The notes beneath the pieces were generated by a model. That model made no database searches and was not told the origin of the DNA. It worked only from the letters and a program-made list of their open reading frames with translations. A program made the position numbers and the translations under genes. Positions 12,250 through 23,910 of a stretch of 64,000 nt of DNA are shown here, piece by piece. Source of the stretch: Eledone cirrhosa (taxonomy: Eukaryota); assembly GCA_964016885.1 (NCBI GenBank), contig OZ024753.1:27342001-27406000 (forward strand), given 5' to 3'. Position 1 is the stretch's first letter; every line of letters begins with the position of its first letter.

Positions 12250-12413
12250 GATTCTGTTTGTCTCTCTCTGTCCCTATCTTTGCTTCCCCCCTCCTATCTC
12301 TCTCTCTCTCTATTTCCCCCACTCTAAGCATAATTGCAGGCGGCTCAATATTTTCAATTTTTAACGATCCAGTACGGCTGCACCTAGTTTTTGTGACAAC
12401 ATAATTATGTGTT

Positions 12414-13045
12414 TCTTCTTCTTCTCCTTCTCCTTCTTATTTTTCTCTTCCTTCTTCTTCTTCTTCTTCTTCTTCTTCTTCTTCTTCTTCTTCTTCTTCT
12501 TCTTCTTCTCCTCATTCTTCTTCTTCTTCTTCTTCTTCTTCTTCTTCTTCTTCTTCTTCTTCTTCTTCTTCTTCTTCTTCTTCCTGAGTGGGGGGTTGTA
12601 GGGACAGAGTCCTCAAACTCTCCTTCCAGTGGGTCCTGTCTGAAGCAACCGTCTCCAACTGATTCGGTTGGATCCTCAAGCGAGACCAGATAAGTTCATG
12701 GATGTTATCCAACCATCTTGCTCGGGATCTACCCCTGAGTCGCCTGCAAGTTTGTTTTGTCCGTAAAGTCTATCAAGCGATTCTTTCCTGAGATATTCTA
12801 ACCACATACCCATAGTATCGGAGCTGTGATCTCTCAAGTCGGAGAAGTAGCAACTCTACCTGGAGTGACTCTCTGATCTCCGAGCTACGCATTCTATTGA
12901 GTAACGTTACTCGAAAGACCCTTCGCAGGAACCCCATTTCGGTTGCTTGTATTCACGATCGTATTCTTTCAGTCATTACTCAAACCATAGGTAAGGTTTG
13001 GCACGAATACCGAATTGAAGATAGCAAGTTTGACTTTTACACCTA
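12414..13045 (-). mobile_element. RTE-like LINE 3' fragment with long (GAA)n tail (TTC array 12414-12583)
   Basis: RIQATEMGFLRRV, QLRYYGMWLE, WLDNIHELIWSRL; related pieces at about 7565-7660 and 32090-32260. Confidence 0.75.
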
Positions 13046-13079
13046 ACATATTCTTGTTTTGTGTTTCTATGCTTTTATT

Positions 13080-13922
13080 GAAACATTCGAGTATAATTCT
13101 GTTTGCTTCTCACAACTGACACCACGAGGAGAGCCTGTGTCCTAATCCTATTGAAATGCAAAATATGTAAATATCTTGTTCATAATATTATGAATAAGAT
13201 AGTTTGCATTTCAATAAGATGAGGACATAGACTCTTCTCGTAATATCAGTTGAGAGAAGTAATTCTCACAACTGATATTTCGAAGATAATCTTATGTACG
13301 TTGCTATACACTCATTCGATTTCGTTTTATTGAAATGCAAAATATTAGAATATCTTAATCATAATTTTTTTTTTAATCACTTAGTAACGCAGTGTGTGAG
13401 AGAAGTTTTATTTTCTGTATATCTTTAAAAATTGAAATTGAAATTTTTGTTTTCTATGCAACATAAACTAGTACAAAATAAACTAGTGAATAAGAGTTTG
13501 TTTTATATTAAAAAAAGTACCAGATTTTGGAATACACATGAGAGTGTAGTCTATTTTATCTTGCCGTACTTATAATGAATGACACTGCCAATCTGTTTCA
13601 ATAAATTTTACAAATAATCAAAATTTTTGATGAGCGTATATAAACCTATAAAGACACTTCTCGTAATATCGGTTGTGAGAAGTAAACAAAATTATACTCG
13701 AATATTTTTACATTGTGTACTTATCAATGAAGTAGACCGTAATAAATGTAGAGAAAAACATATAATTATATAAAATTACATGCAGACTTTACTCAATTAT
13801 CATTTACAGAAAATACATAGACAGAAAATACATAGACAGAAAATAATACTTTTCTCCCACTCAGCATTACTATTTAGTGAATTTGTAAAAATTATGAATA
13901 AGATATTTTGTATTTCAATATT
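13080..13922. repeat. Nested inverted-repeat (fold-back) structure
   Basis: 13082-13132 inverted at about 13658-13708; local palindromes 13149-13217 and 13235-13285; about 13328-13408 inverted at about 13848-13922. Confidence 0.7.
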
Positions 13923-14029
13923 TGGTCGGCTGTGCAAAAAAGCGTACACTTCGTCAGCTAGCTTGGGCTTGACAATATCGCTACATCTCTTTGACAGATA
14001 CTTAACATTAACTTTACCGGGGAAGTTTA

Positions 14030-15010
14030 ATAAGGCGATTCCTCAATAATTAGAGCAATCTCTCTTGACTCACTTTTGGAAACTTGGGATTATCACTCAC
14101 GATTGCCAGTACTTTGATTGCATCTCCAGAGATTCACGCCACATGACACACATGCTTCAGCCAAAGTACCTTCTGGTTTAACATCTCGAACCGAATTTCA
14201 TCCTCCCCAGAGGCCTTGCCACCAATTGCTCTGGTGACCTCAGCCTCCGAGAGGTTAGTCATCGCTTCCAGATGCACCTCTTGTACATCAGAAGATATTG
14301 TTGTGACCAGATTTAAGAGATTACCGAAATATTCTCTCCACCTCCTAAGGATGAACCTCTCTTCAAAGAGAAGAATGCCAGACGCGTTACTGAAAACAGG
14401 TGTAGACGGGGAACTTCTTAATACGAAGACAGTGGATGGTTTGCCAGAATTCTTTATTTGCTGATCTAAAGTTGGATTCCAGCTTAACCCCAAAGTTCTC
14501 CCATCTCTTAACCTTGGATGCCTTTATTGTCTCTGTTGTGACTTTTCGTACAAATTTGTACCTCGAGTGCAAGAAGGAAGACTTATTTCAAGTCAAGCTT
14601 TGCAAGCCACCTTTTTGTTCGAATGGTATATTTAACCTCCTGTTTGATCAGGGGTCCTCATGCCTCTCAGCGCCATATTGAGACGTTTTTGCCTGCAGCA
14701 TTTAACAGCAGAAACAGAGACTGTCGAACTAAACAGTCTCCACTCCGTTTCAAGGTCAACAGTTTGTTCAGAGAGTTTTCTGAATTTGGATGCTTTAGTA
14801 TCCGTGTAACTGGTTCTGGCCTTCTTATCAGCCACTTCCTACTTTATCTTGTAGCTCAACCTGGACCTGTCAGTTGTGTGGGATTTCTTAACTTTCTCTA
14901 ATTTCAGGTTGTAGATAACTAGATGACAAACAGCTGACAATTCATCCCTTTTTTTAAGACGAACATTTAGCACAGAATCGATGAGATCAGAGACAATAAA
15001 ATAATCAATT
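14030..15010 (-). mobile_element. RTE-like LINE internal fragment (endonuclease end to RT start)
   Basis: LIDYFIVS, RWENFG, RRWREYFGNLLN, GKASGEDEIRFEML; related piece at 30530-30870. Confidence 0.75.
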
Positions 15011-15185
15011 ACTGATCTCTGTCCCCGGTTTTCTTATACATTTTATATCTATAGATATGTTTGTGCTGGAAGAATGTATCCATAATGCTAGAGATGTTTC
15101 AAACGAAATCGTGATAGTCAGTGTGTTAAAAGTATTTCTCAAACAGAAAATATCTAATTGTCTATGTTACATATTTCAAATAATA

Positions 15186-15283
15186 GTTTCGGATTTAGGT
15201 ACAAGACCAACATTTTGTTGGGGGAAGGGGAACGTCGATTAAATCGACCCCAGTGCATTACTGGTGCTTTATTTACCGACCCC
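15186..15283 (-). mobile_element. tRNA-derived SINE 3' half
   Basis: GTCGATTAAATCGACCCCAGTGCATTACTGGTGCTTTATTT. Confidence 0.7.
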
Positions 15284-15747
15284 TGGCTGGATACGGTCGG
15301 TTTAAATGCTACAGGGTTAAGTTTCACGTTTCTGATTGATCAAATCGTTTGAACGATCGGACACCTGGGACTTGGAGACATTTCAATCCACTTAATATTC
15401 TGAAAATACTCACATTTGAATTCTTCAACAATAACTGTAATTAAATCAATCTACTGGAAATATTATTTACAAATAAAAAATAAGTTAAAAAATACATATC
15501 TGATCTTTGATAGAATTTATTTCGTTGAAAACATAAAATAACTTTGATACATTTGACAAACATTATCTTAACTATTGTCATTCTAATTTACGATGCCAAA
15601 GAAGGAAGCTTCCATAACCATGGAATTTACATCAAATCAAATAAAATTTCATTGTGCTATATATATACGAAAAATTGGAAAAAAGATGCAGTTCAACGAA
15701 ATCAGCCGGCATTGTATATGCGATTGATTAAATGGAATGTGTGTGTG

Positions 15748-15787
<40 letters not shown>

Positions 15788-15902
15788 TGTGTGATGCCTA
15801 ATAAATTTGAGCAACATCGATATTTGGTCGTACGATGTAGATATCTTATTTATATTAACATTTTATTACATTAAAATAATTTGTTAGATCTTTGTACATG
15901 TA

Positions 15903-15977
15903 TTAAAGTAACAATAAAATGAACAGGATGAAAATTAGTCCCGTTTCCAAGAAACAATTCGCTGCTGAATTATTCGA
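15903..15977 (-). CDS. MOXD1: Probable copy B last coding exon (SNNSAANCFLETGLIFILFILLLL*), GPI-signal-like
   Basis: TTTCCAG acceptor; small residues then hydrophobic run to TAA. Confidence 0.72.
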   Translation of the reverse strand, partial: SNNSAANCFLETGLIFILFILLLL

Positions 15978-16019
15978 CTGGAAAATATGAAACAAAGAGA
16001 GAAATATAATTAGTTGAGG

Positions 16020-16435
16020 ATTTTTTTTCAACACGCTGAGACGTATGTGTATAAACGTGTGCGTGTGTGTATGTGCATATACATACATTTATATGTATGA
16101 GTATAAAAATATAATCACGCAAACACAGACACACTTACAAAAATACACACTCACAGACATACATTCACACAAATACACATACATTCACACAAATATACAT
16201 ACATTCACACAAATACATATACATTCACACATACATTCACACACATACATTCACACAAACACACAGACATACATTTACACATACACACACATACACTCAC
16301 ACACAGCGTAGCAAATGGAACGCCAACCGCTGTTTTGCTTTAGATTTTTTTCCATCCTCTTCCTTCCTTTTACACACACACACATCGTGTAACGGATGGA
16401 CGGACCGATGCAAGTCGTTCAAATTTATATATAGA
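16020..16435 (-). mobile_element. Helitron/DINE-like non-autonomous fragment; inverted copy at about 22580-22910
   Basis: A|TCTATATATAAA start, (GTCC) repeats, shared GGCGTTCCATTTGCTACGCT. Confidence 0.55.
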
Positions 16436-17384
16436 TGCCTTACATTCAAAAGATTTTAACAAATTCTGTTTTTGAAAATTGAAAACTATGCAATAAGATG
16501 CGAGTCTCAAGTCGAGCGGCTTTGGGGGTTGTGTCCTGCAACTAACACTGATACAGGAAATGGACTCAAGAGTGTTAAATAATAAAATATAACTTTTGTT
16601 GTATTAATTGTGGTCCCTCAATAGTTGCTGTGATAGTTGTTACTCAACTAATGTATATAAGAATGAATGACTATAAAATAATTAGAAAAAAACACTACAA
16701 ATATTTAAAAACGGAAAAGGAAGGACAAAGCAAGTGCTCTAAGGCTACAGAATGATAGGAAAAGGAAGTGGGGAGTGTGATGGACTCTGGACCTAGGGCG
16801 CTGTGATGTTGGGTTGCCCCCCGTGGATAAGATCACAAAAGCAATTCAGCGATACCCGCTTAACCCCCAAACAGAAATATAAACTTAACTAGAAATAGAT
16901 ATCAACTGAAGGCTCAGATCATCATTGTGAAGCATAATGTATCTTCCTTGAAATTGCCTGAGATAACTGTGTCTTCTAGTTTGGACTTAAGAAGTTTGAG
17001 CCTGTGTAGATGTTTTTTGTATTGATTTTCATTGGCTCATGCAATGTTTAGGATTCCTAGATATTTTACCCACCATCACCTCGATTACTCAATCGTTCAC
17101 CGGAGGAAAATTCTATACTAGTTGCATGAAACTTTTTCCTCCGTCAAATGCTAAATTCCATGTCTTATTCCGTGAACCATTAATTGGAAACTATGTCTAC
17201 GATTGTATTCTAATTAATTATAAGGTATCATAACTAAGAAACAATACAAGAAATTGAATGATGCTAACACATATGTATTCACCTTTGACCAATAAAGGAA
17301 TTTAATATTGTAATTGACAAACATATTACTGTCAAACCATATTACCTATACAAACCATATTACTGTCAAAACATTAATATTCAC

Positions 17385-17465
17385 CTTTTCTGTTGTTGGT
17401 GGTGGAACTGTTGTAGGATCGCCAGATTTAAAAACTGGAAATGCTCGATTTCTTAAAAAGATTTT
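17385..17465 (-). CDS. MOXD1: Probable copy B exon 12 (KIFLRNRAFPVFKSGDPTTVPPPTTEK), Pro/Thr stalk
   Basis: TAG/GTGAAT, 81 nt, phase 0/0, open frame. Confidence 0.7.
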
Positions 17466-17709
17466 CTACAATGACAATATATGAATAGTTACGTTTTGAA
17501 GTTAAAGTTTATCACTGTATGGTTCATTGAATTAGATACCAAACTAAATTTGGGGTTATTTAATTTTGGTAATTGATGATATTTTCCGAAGGTTTCTACT
17601 TCATTCTAAAATGAGTGACAGCAACATATTTTGAGGATGAGAAAAATCGAAAGGTTAAAAAAATGATCAAAATTTGTTTTGTAAGAAAAAAGTGCCGAAC
17701 ACATAAGTG

Positions 17710-17905
17710 CAGACCTGTCAACTCTCTCTATTCGATGGAGAGATCCCCCACCCACTTTAGGATGGGTGAGAGATGTCTTCTTTTGTGAAAATGAGTATAG
17801 TTCTCATTATGTAAAATCTCCCCATTTCGCCTCATTTCTCCTCGTTTTGGACACGCACTTTTTTCATGGTACTCCCCATTTCGTTTTCAGAGGATGGCAG
17901 GTATG
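17710..17905. mobile_element. MITE
   Basis: Imperfect TIRs CAGACCTGTCAAC / GATGGCAGGTATG flanked by TAAGT on both sides. Confidence 0.5.
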
Positions 17906-18708
17906 TAAGTAGATTTATTTTAGTTGTTTTACATTGATTTTAGCTGCATACTTGTATATTTGATGCCTTTGTGCAACACCTTGGGCAGCCTCGGGTCGAC
18001 TCAAACTTAGATGCAAAATTTCTGATCTTAAGCGATAGATCAGATCCATTATTCGGTTTAACAAAACCACCTAGCCGTTGGATGTCTTTATTGGAGTTCA
18101 GTTTGTTGAAAACAATTTAATCTAGTTTCCTGTCAGATGATTAATCAATATTCTGATAAATGACTTCTTACTACAGAAAAACACGAGTTTCGGCCTGTTC
18201 TTTCTCCCCTTTTGTGTTACCAAACATGGAGGCTCAGTGAATGTTATGAATGTCACCTTTCCCACCCTGACTAAAACATGATAAATGTTAATAAAATTGT
18301 TAAAAGAATTCTGGGAGGAAAATGAGTTGTTATATAAGCAGTGGTAGCACGTTTGTTTCTTGGCAAACGTTACACTTTCATGACATTAGTTAATTGCTTA
18401 ATCTAAAGAGAAAAGGGAACATACAGGATATTTGGTGAAGAAGAAAAAAGCTGGATTTTAAATCAGACGATAGATTTGTCTCCTATCTAAGACTACGTAC
18501 TTTTACACTCAAAGTTGTGGTGACTAGAGGTTATAACAGAAGACATCTGACCAAGGTGTCATACAATGAAAGCGAACATAGAAGTACACAATCAAATTTA
18601 ATCCTCTTATGTCTTGTGCTTTGTTTTTAACCTTAAATGTTCAGGATATCATTGCGAAAGACAACACATAACACAAATGGTGAATGACAGAAAAAAAATG
18701 TAACTCAC

Positions 18709-18823
18709 ATTCGTAGCATTTTTGCATTTCTGAACAAAACCGATATTAGGTTCCAAGCCATTGATAAATAACTCCATTTTTTTAACGGAATCTTCGTCAT
18801 TCTTATATTACGCTGCGTCTTTA
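18709..18823 (-). CDS. MOXD1: Probable copy B exon 11 (KDAA*YKNDEDSVKK...KCKNATN), in-frame TAA
   Basis: TTTCAG/GTGAGT, 115 nt, fits phase 2/0 exactly; TAA at 18808-18810. Confidence 0.65.
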
Positions 18824-19808
18824 CTGAAATACAAGATGACAAATTAATATATTGTTCAATTGCTTTAATTCGATATACAAATAAAATTATTTAAATACAA
18901 TTCTGAGCACCGCCACCCGTAAAGTGGAGGAGAGAAAGACACCTAAATACCGAGACTTGACCGACCGCATCCTTTTCGTGCCGGTCGCCGCGCTCGGTCC
19001 CTGAACTGACGTTTTCCTCCGCAAAATCGGAAGGAGTGCATCCTACTCAAGGAAGGATTCCCGTGAAATTGATTTGCTGTTCTCTGCGGCGCTACCATTT
19101 TGTCCGTGAAGATGAAACGAACTGAAATATACCGCCTAGACCGGGGTTTAGAGTCTGCCATAGCGTTCCCATTTTCTCATACTTGCTGTTACGGTTATTT
19201 TCTGCGTTTGAGATTTCCCACTTTTTCAAATTTCAGATCCATCAGCAAATGAACAGTGCGATTTTCGCCCCTGGCGCAGCTTAGCTAACCAAATATTCAC
19301 ACTGTGGCAGGTCTTCAAGAAAGCATGGGAGTATTGCCACACAAACATACATTCTATATATATATATATACCGCACTCCTGTTCCCTCTCCTACGCACAT
19401 GCAGACAAAAACAATACAATCACGATTCTTGTTCCATAATGATTTGTTACATCATGAGATTAAAAATTCAGCATTATTGCTACTATCACAACCCTCAACA
19501 CTCACACGCAAAATCTTACCATCACCTTTGATGTTTTACTCGAAATATACAACAAGTTTAACTCTTTAGCATTTAAACCGGCCGTATCCAGCCAGAATTC
19601 TCTCACCTCTTTCTGTTCAAACCAGCCATAGCTGGCTGCTCATATTGATGTTAACGTATTGTTCTCAAAATAAATATCAAAATCTCGTAGATTCGATATT
19701 ATGTGAGATAATTATGTGAAATAAAGCCTTTACCGTGAAAATACAATAGTAAATATAGAGTAATGGAAATACTAAAGGTTTAATAAATAGATATTAATTT
19801 AATCATAC

Positions 19809-19918
19809 TTGATTTCGTTTTTGTCATATTCAACATGGCTGAGGCAATTTGTTAGTTCAATTCGGGGATAATAAAAAATATAGGCCAAACACATTTCATC
19901 GGAAGTGCCAAGTCCACC
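19809..19918 (-). CDS. MOXD1: Copy B exon 10 (GGLGTSDEMCLAYIFYYPRIELTNCLS...)
   Basis: CAG/GTATGA, 110 nt, phase 0/2; EMC CuM methionine. Confidence 0.92.
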
Positions 19919-19990
19919 CTGTAAAGGAAATAAACGAGACATGAAAGAATTAGTTCAGAAATTCATATGAAAATATCAGTACACATATAA

Positions 19991-20168
19991 GCACAAGGCC
20001 AGCAATTTTGGGGTAGGGTAAAGTCAATTAAATCAACCCCAGTACATTACTAGTACTTTATTTCATCGACCCCGTGAGGGTGAAAGTCAAAGCTAACATT
20101 GGCGGGATTTTTACTGAGAACGTAAAGGGTTGTAGCATGGTGTCCGACGCTCAACTGATACTGCCAAT
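19991..20168 (-). mobile_element. tRNA-derived SINE
   Basis: Matches the family consensus seen at 29640-29826. Confidence 0.8.
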
Positions 20169-20178
20169 CCCCATAATA

Positions 20179-20377
20179 TTAACAACAACAACAACAATAA
20201 TAATAATAATAATTGTTTCTACTTTAGGCACAAGGCCAGCAATTACCCAGTGCATTACTGGTACTTTATTTTATCGACCCCGTAAAATAAAGTACCAGTA
20301 ATGCACTGGGTAATTGCTGGCCTTGTGGCTAAAGTAGAAACAATTATTATTGTTGTTGTTGTTGTTGTTGTTGTTAA
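20179..20377. repeat. Palindromic (fold-back) SINE 3' half
   Basis: About 60-bp near-perfect arms plus (AAC)n/(GTT)n, around loop TCGACCCCG. Confidence 0.9.
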
Positions 20378-20389
20378 TAATAATAATTT

Positions 20390-21173
20390 AGAGATCCACA
20401 GACATGGAACTGGTTGAAAATAGGAGACCTTAAAAAGGCTACAGAAGGAATGCTAATGGCTGCGCAAGAGCAGGCCCTCAAAACGAAGTGGGTGAAACAC
20501 CATATTTACAAGGAGGGGGCTAGCCCACTGTGTAGGATCTGTGGAGAGAGAGAGGAGACTGTGGCTCACATTGTATTCGAGTGTAAACACCTAGCCCAGA
20601 CTCACTATAAAAGCTGGAGACATGATGTGATGGGCAGGGTGATCCACTGGCACCTATGCAAAGTAAACAATTTACCACATTCTGAGAAGTGGTATGAGCA
20701 TAAGCCAGAGTCGGTGATAGAAAACGATCAGGTGAAGGTGCTGTGGGATTTTAGGATACAGACGGACAAGAAACTGGAACACAATAGACCTGACCTGGTG
20801 ATTTTGGACAAGGACAAAAGATTGTGCCTAATTGTGGCTGTGGCCTGCCCATTCGACATGAGAGTGCAAGAGAAGGAGAGGGAGAAAATTAACCGATACC
20901 ACTTAAAGTGGGAGGTAAAAAGGATTTGGAACTGCCATGAAGTCAAAGTGCCATTGTCATAGGCGCACTAGTTACTATCTCAAAGAGTTTCCAAGGATGC
21001 TTAAAGAAAATTGGTCCCGCCGCGCTTTTTGGAACACTTCAAAAGGCATGCTTGCTGGGAACAGCAAGAACCCTCCGATACGTCCTGAATATCTGAGGCT
21101 GCAGGTAGTGGCTTGATATTCATTTGAACAAACTTTTCTGTTAAATAACATCAATGACTGAGACTCAAAGAAC

Positions 21174-21212
<39 letters not shown>
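20390..21212 (+). mobile_element. R4/Dong-like non-LTR retrotransposon 3' fragment (CCHC + restriction-like endonuclease) in (TAA)n
   Basis: CRICGEREETVAHIVFEC, RHD, LWDFRIQTD, NRPDLV; (TAA)n both sides; a second short 3' end at 21213-21500. Confidence 0.88.
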
Positions 21213-21213
<1 letters not shown>

Positions 21214-21607
21214 GGCGCTCTAGGAATGATACCTAAGGGGTCTAATGATTACTTATCGCAAATCGCAGGATTTATACAAAAGATAGTACTAATGGGAACT
21301 GCCCATATACTAAGGAAGATTCTGTCAATATAAGTACATCACAAGTCTAAACATCTAAAGATGCATGTGTGTGTATGTATGTTCTTTCTTGAACATGGCG
21401 GACCTTGTCTCTTGAGGTCACTGGTTGTGACTTGGTGATAACTCGTATGAACATAAATACAACTGTAATAATAATAATAATGATAATAATGATAATAATG
21501 ATTTCTACTATAAGCACAGGGCCAGTAATTTTTGGAGAGGGGAAAGTCGATCAAATTGACCCCCCCCCCATATATATATATATATATATATAGTTTTAAT
21601 ATAGATG

Positions 21608-21658
21608 AGATTCTACAGGACTAGAACTGTTTCATTCATTAGAAATCATCAGGAATCT
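21608..21658 (-). ncRNA. Type I hammerhead ribozyme
   Basis: AGATTC-CTGATGA-tTTCtaatGAAt-GAAACAG-ttctagtc-CTGTA^GAATCT; stem I 6 bp, stem III 4 bp, GUA triplet. Confidence 0.72.
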
Positions 21659-21986
21659 GGGTATCAAAAAATAAAAATGGTATTTATAGGTCTCTACAAG
21701 TGGTAGGAGAGGGTGGGGAGTGGGATGGGTGTAGGTCATTGGTTGATAGAAAAGGGAATTAATGACAAGGAATGGTATGCCATCCGGAACCTGTTTATAG
21801 AATTCTGTCTGCCCTTGTTACTCTAAAAACATAAATAAATAAAAATAAAAATAAACAATAGCTTTGTAGAATTAGCCTTTATTGAATTCCCTTTTCTATC
21901 AACCAATGACCTACACCCATCCCACTCCCCACCCTCTCCTACCACTTGTAGAGACCTATAAATACCATTTTTATTTTTTGATACCC

Positions 21987-22037
21987 AGATTCCAGATGAT
22001 TTCTTATGAATGAAACAGTTCTAGTCCTGTAGAATCT
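21987..22037 (+). ncRNA. Hammerhead ribozyme, inverted copy with mutated core (CAGATGA)
   Basis: Reverse complement of 21608-21658 with U4->A in the core. Confidence 0.55.
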
Positions 22038-22119
22038 CATCTATATTAAAACTTTTATACTCTGCTATGTATTGAGTACCTTACTTACTGTGGTTACCTC
22101 CGATTCAACCCGGAATAAC

Positions 22120-22156
<37 letters not shown>

Positions 22157-22279
22157 GGAGGTGAGTTTTATTGTAGTACAATAAAGCAATGCAGATATCG
22201 GATAAGTAGCACTCTACAGTTTGTAGGACTGGAGTATAAATAATATATAAGATCAAAAGATGGTTAAAAGAGTTCCATG

Positions 22280-22350
22280 TATTTTATTATGCTCATTTCA
22301 AAAACAAATATCATCATGCAATAACATTTGCGTTTTCGTCAGATAAAATA
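22280..22350 (-). ncRNA. Type I minimal hammerhead ribozyme
   Basis: TATTTTAT-CTGACGA-long stem II (GCAAATGTTAT/ATGATATTTGT)-GAAA-TGAGCA-TA^ATAAAATA. Confidence 0.75.
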
Positions 22351-22461
22351 GGGAGACATGATATGAAGGTTAAAACACACTTGTGTTGATTTAAAACTGC
22401 ATATGTTGATTTAAAACTGCACTATTCACAAGTGTGTTTTAATCTTCATATCATGTCTCCC

Positions 22462-22532
22462 TATTTCATCTGACGAAAACGCAAATGTTATTGCATGATG
22501 ATATTTGTTTTTGAAATGCGCATAATAAAATA
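22462..22532 (+). ncRNA. Type I minimal hammerhead ribozyme with palindromic stem III (TGCGCA)
   Basis: TATTTCAT-CTGACGA-stem II-GAAA-TGCGCA-TA^ATAAAATA. Confidence 0.78.
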
Positions 22533-22770
22533 CATGGAACACTTTTAACCATCTTTTGATCTTATATATATATATATATATATATATAAATTTAAGCGAC
22601 TTCCGTCTGTCCGTCCATCACACAATGTGCGTGCGCGTGTGTGTTTGTGTGAATGTATGTGTATGTAAAAAGAAGAAAGCGGGTCGTGAAAAAACTATAG
22701 CAAAACTGCGACTGGCGTTCCATTTGCTACGCTCTGTATGAGTGCTTGCGTATATGAGTGTTTATGTAAA

Positions 22771-22803
<33 letters not shown>

Positions 22804-22911
22804 GTGTTTGTGTGAATGTATGTGTATGTCTGTGAGTGTGTATTTTTGTAAGTGTGTCTTTGAGCGGTCATAACACAATACTCATACACGCGTTAGCGTG
22901 TCGAAAAAAAA

Positions 22912-23690
22912 TCTATACATAAATGCCAATTTCTGTCTGTTTGTGTGTGTGTTTGTTTGTGAACCTAAAACTCAAAAATTACAAAACCGATCTTGATGAA
23001 ACTTGGGGCTCATGCCCATTTGATTTCTTAAGTATATTTCATTTTAATCAAAGGGTTCCCCGGGGGCTCAAACCCCGCTGAAATATTTTCCCTTCAATTT
23101 ATATGAAATTTAAACCATAAGTAAATGGCAAGATATGATGCCTATTCACAAAATTTCAGCAAATTTTAATTATATTAAGAGACGCTAATGGGGGTTAAAC
23201 CCCCTATAGTGAAAATTTTGGCCAATAAATGGAACAAGATTTCACGAACTTCTCCTATGGTTTTGGAGATAACCATATATATTCTGAAACTACATTGCCC
23301 AGGGTACTTGGATAAGTATATTTCATTTTAATCAAAGAGTTCCCCGGGGGCACAAAACCCCCGCTGAAAATGTTTTCCCTTCGATTTATATGAAATTTAA
23401 ACCATAGGTAAGTGACAAGTTATGGTGCCTATTCACAAAATTTCAACAAATTTCAATAATATTAAGACACCCTAATGGGGGTTATATTTTTTTCCTTATA
23501 GCAACACTCAACTTCTCTGACCAATGCAATCAACAATATTTGTTTGTATTATTGTTTCGTAAATGAATTTGTCTTCGCATTTGATTATCTGTCCTATATT
23601 TTGATTTCATTTTTTGTCTGAGAGGCATTGGGCATTTTAATGGGAACTGGAAATACCCCGCTCCCGGGTATTACCGGGTACCTCAGCTAG
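22912..23690 (+). mobile_element. Non-autonomous Helitron
   Basis: A|TC start, CTAG|T end with a preceding GC-rich hairpin-like CCCGG..CCGGG; internal direct repeat about 23030-23200 / 23312-23484. Confidence 0.7.
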
Positions 23691-23850
23691 TATATAATAA
23701 AGAAAGCAGTTTGGAATGAATGAACAATTAAGATTATCAACTTAAAGTGGAGCGATACTAGACATTTCTAGCACCAATTTCAGACCGAAAAGAGAAACAA
23801 GTCAAATGTTTTTACAAATGTCAATATTTCTCTAAATAAATATTACTTAC

Positions 23851-23910
23851 ATACGTAAAATTCCTCCTATCTGTAGTGTCATAAATGCATTCTACGTGTA
23901 GGGTGTCATT
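23851..23910 (-). CDS. MOXD1: Copy B exon 9 (NDTLHVECIYDTTDRRNFTY)
   Basis: TTTCAG/GTAAGT, 60 nt; matches the D.L..EC.Y.T.DR motif. Confidence 0.9.

Larger units (their letters stand above)
21592..22121. mobile_element. Hammerhead-bearing fold-back element in (AT)n
   Basis: 21592-21765 inverted at about 21884-22053; single-orientation copy at 38460-38850. Confidence 0.8.
22245..22570. mobile_element. Fold-back element with two opposed hammerheads
   Basis: About 140-bp arms 22245-22385 / 22426-22567 around a duplicated 21-bp spacer. Confidence 0.82.

Noticed and set aside
12409-12693. Poly-Leu/Phe/Glu ORFs, and the KIKIKI ORF at 59323-59667
   Set aside because: (TTC)n and (TTTTTA)n arrays
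18940-19165. GC-rich ORF in intron 10
   Set aside because: Possibly a very degraded CRE-like fragment; too weak to call, and no splice-compatible exon
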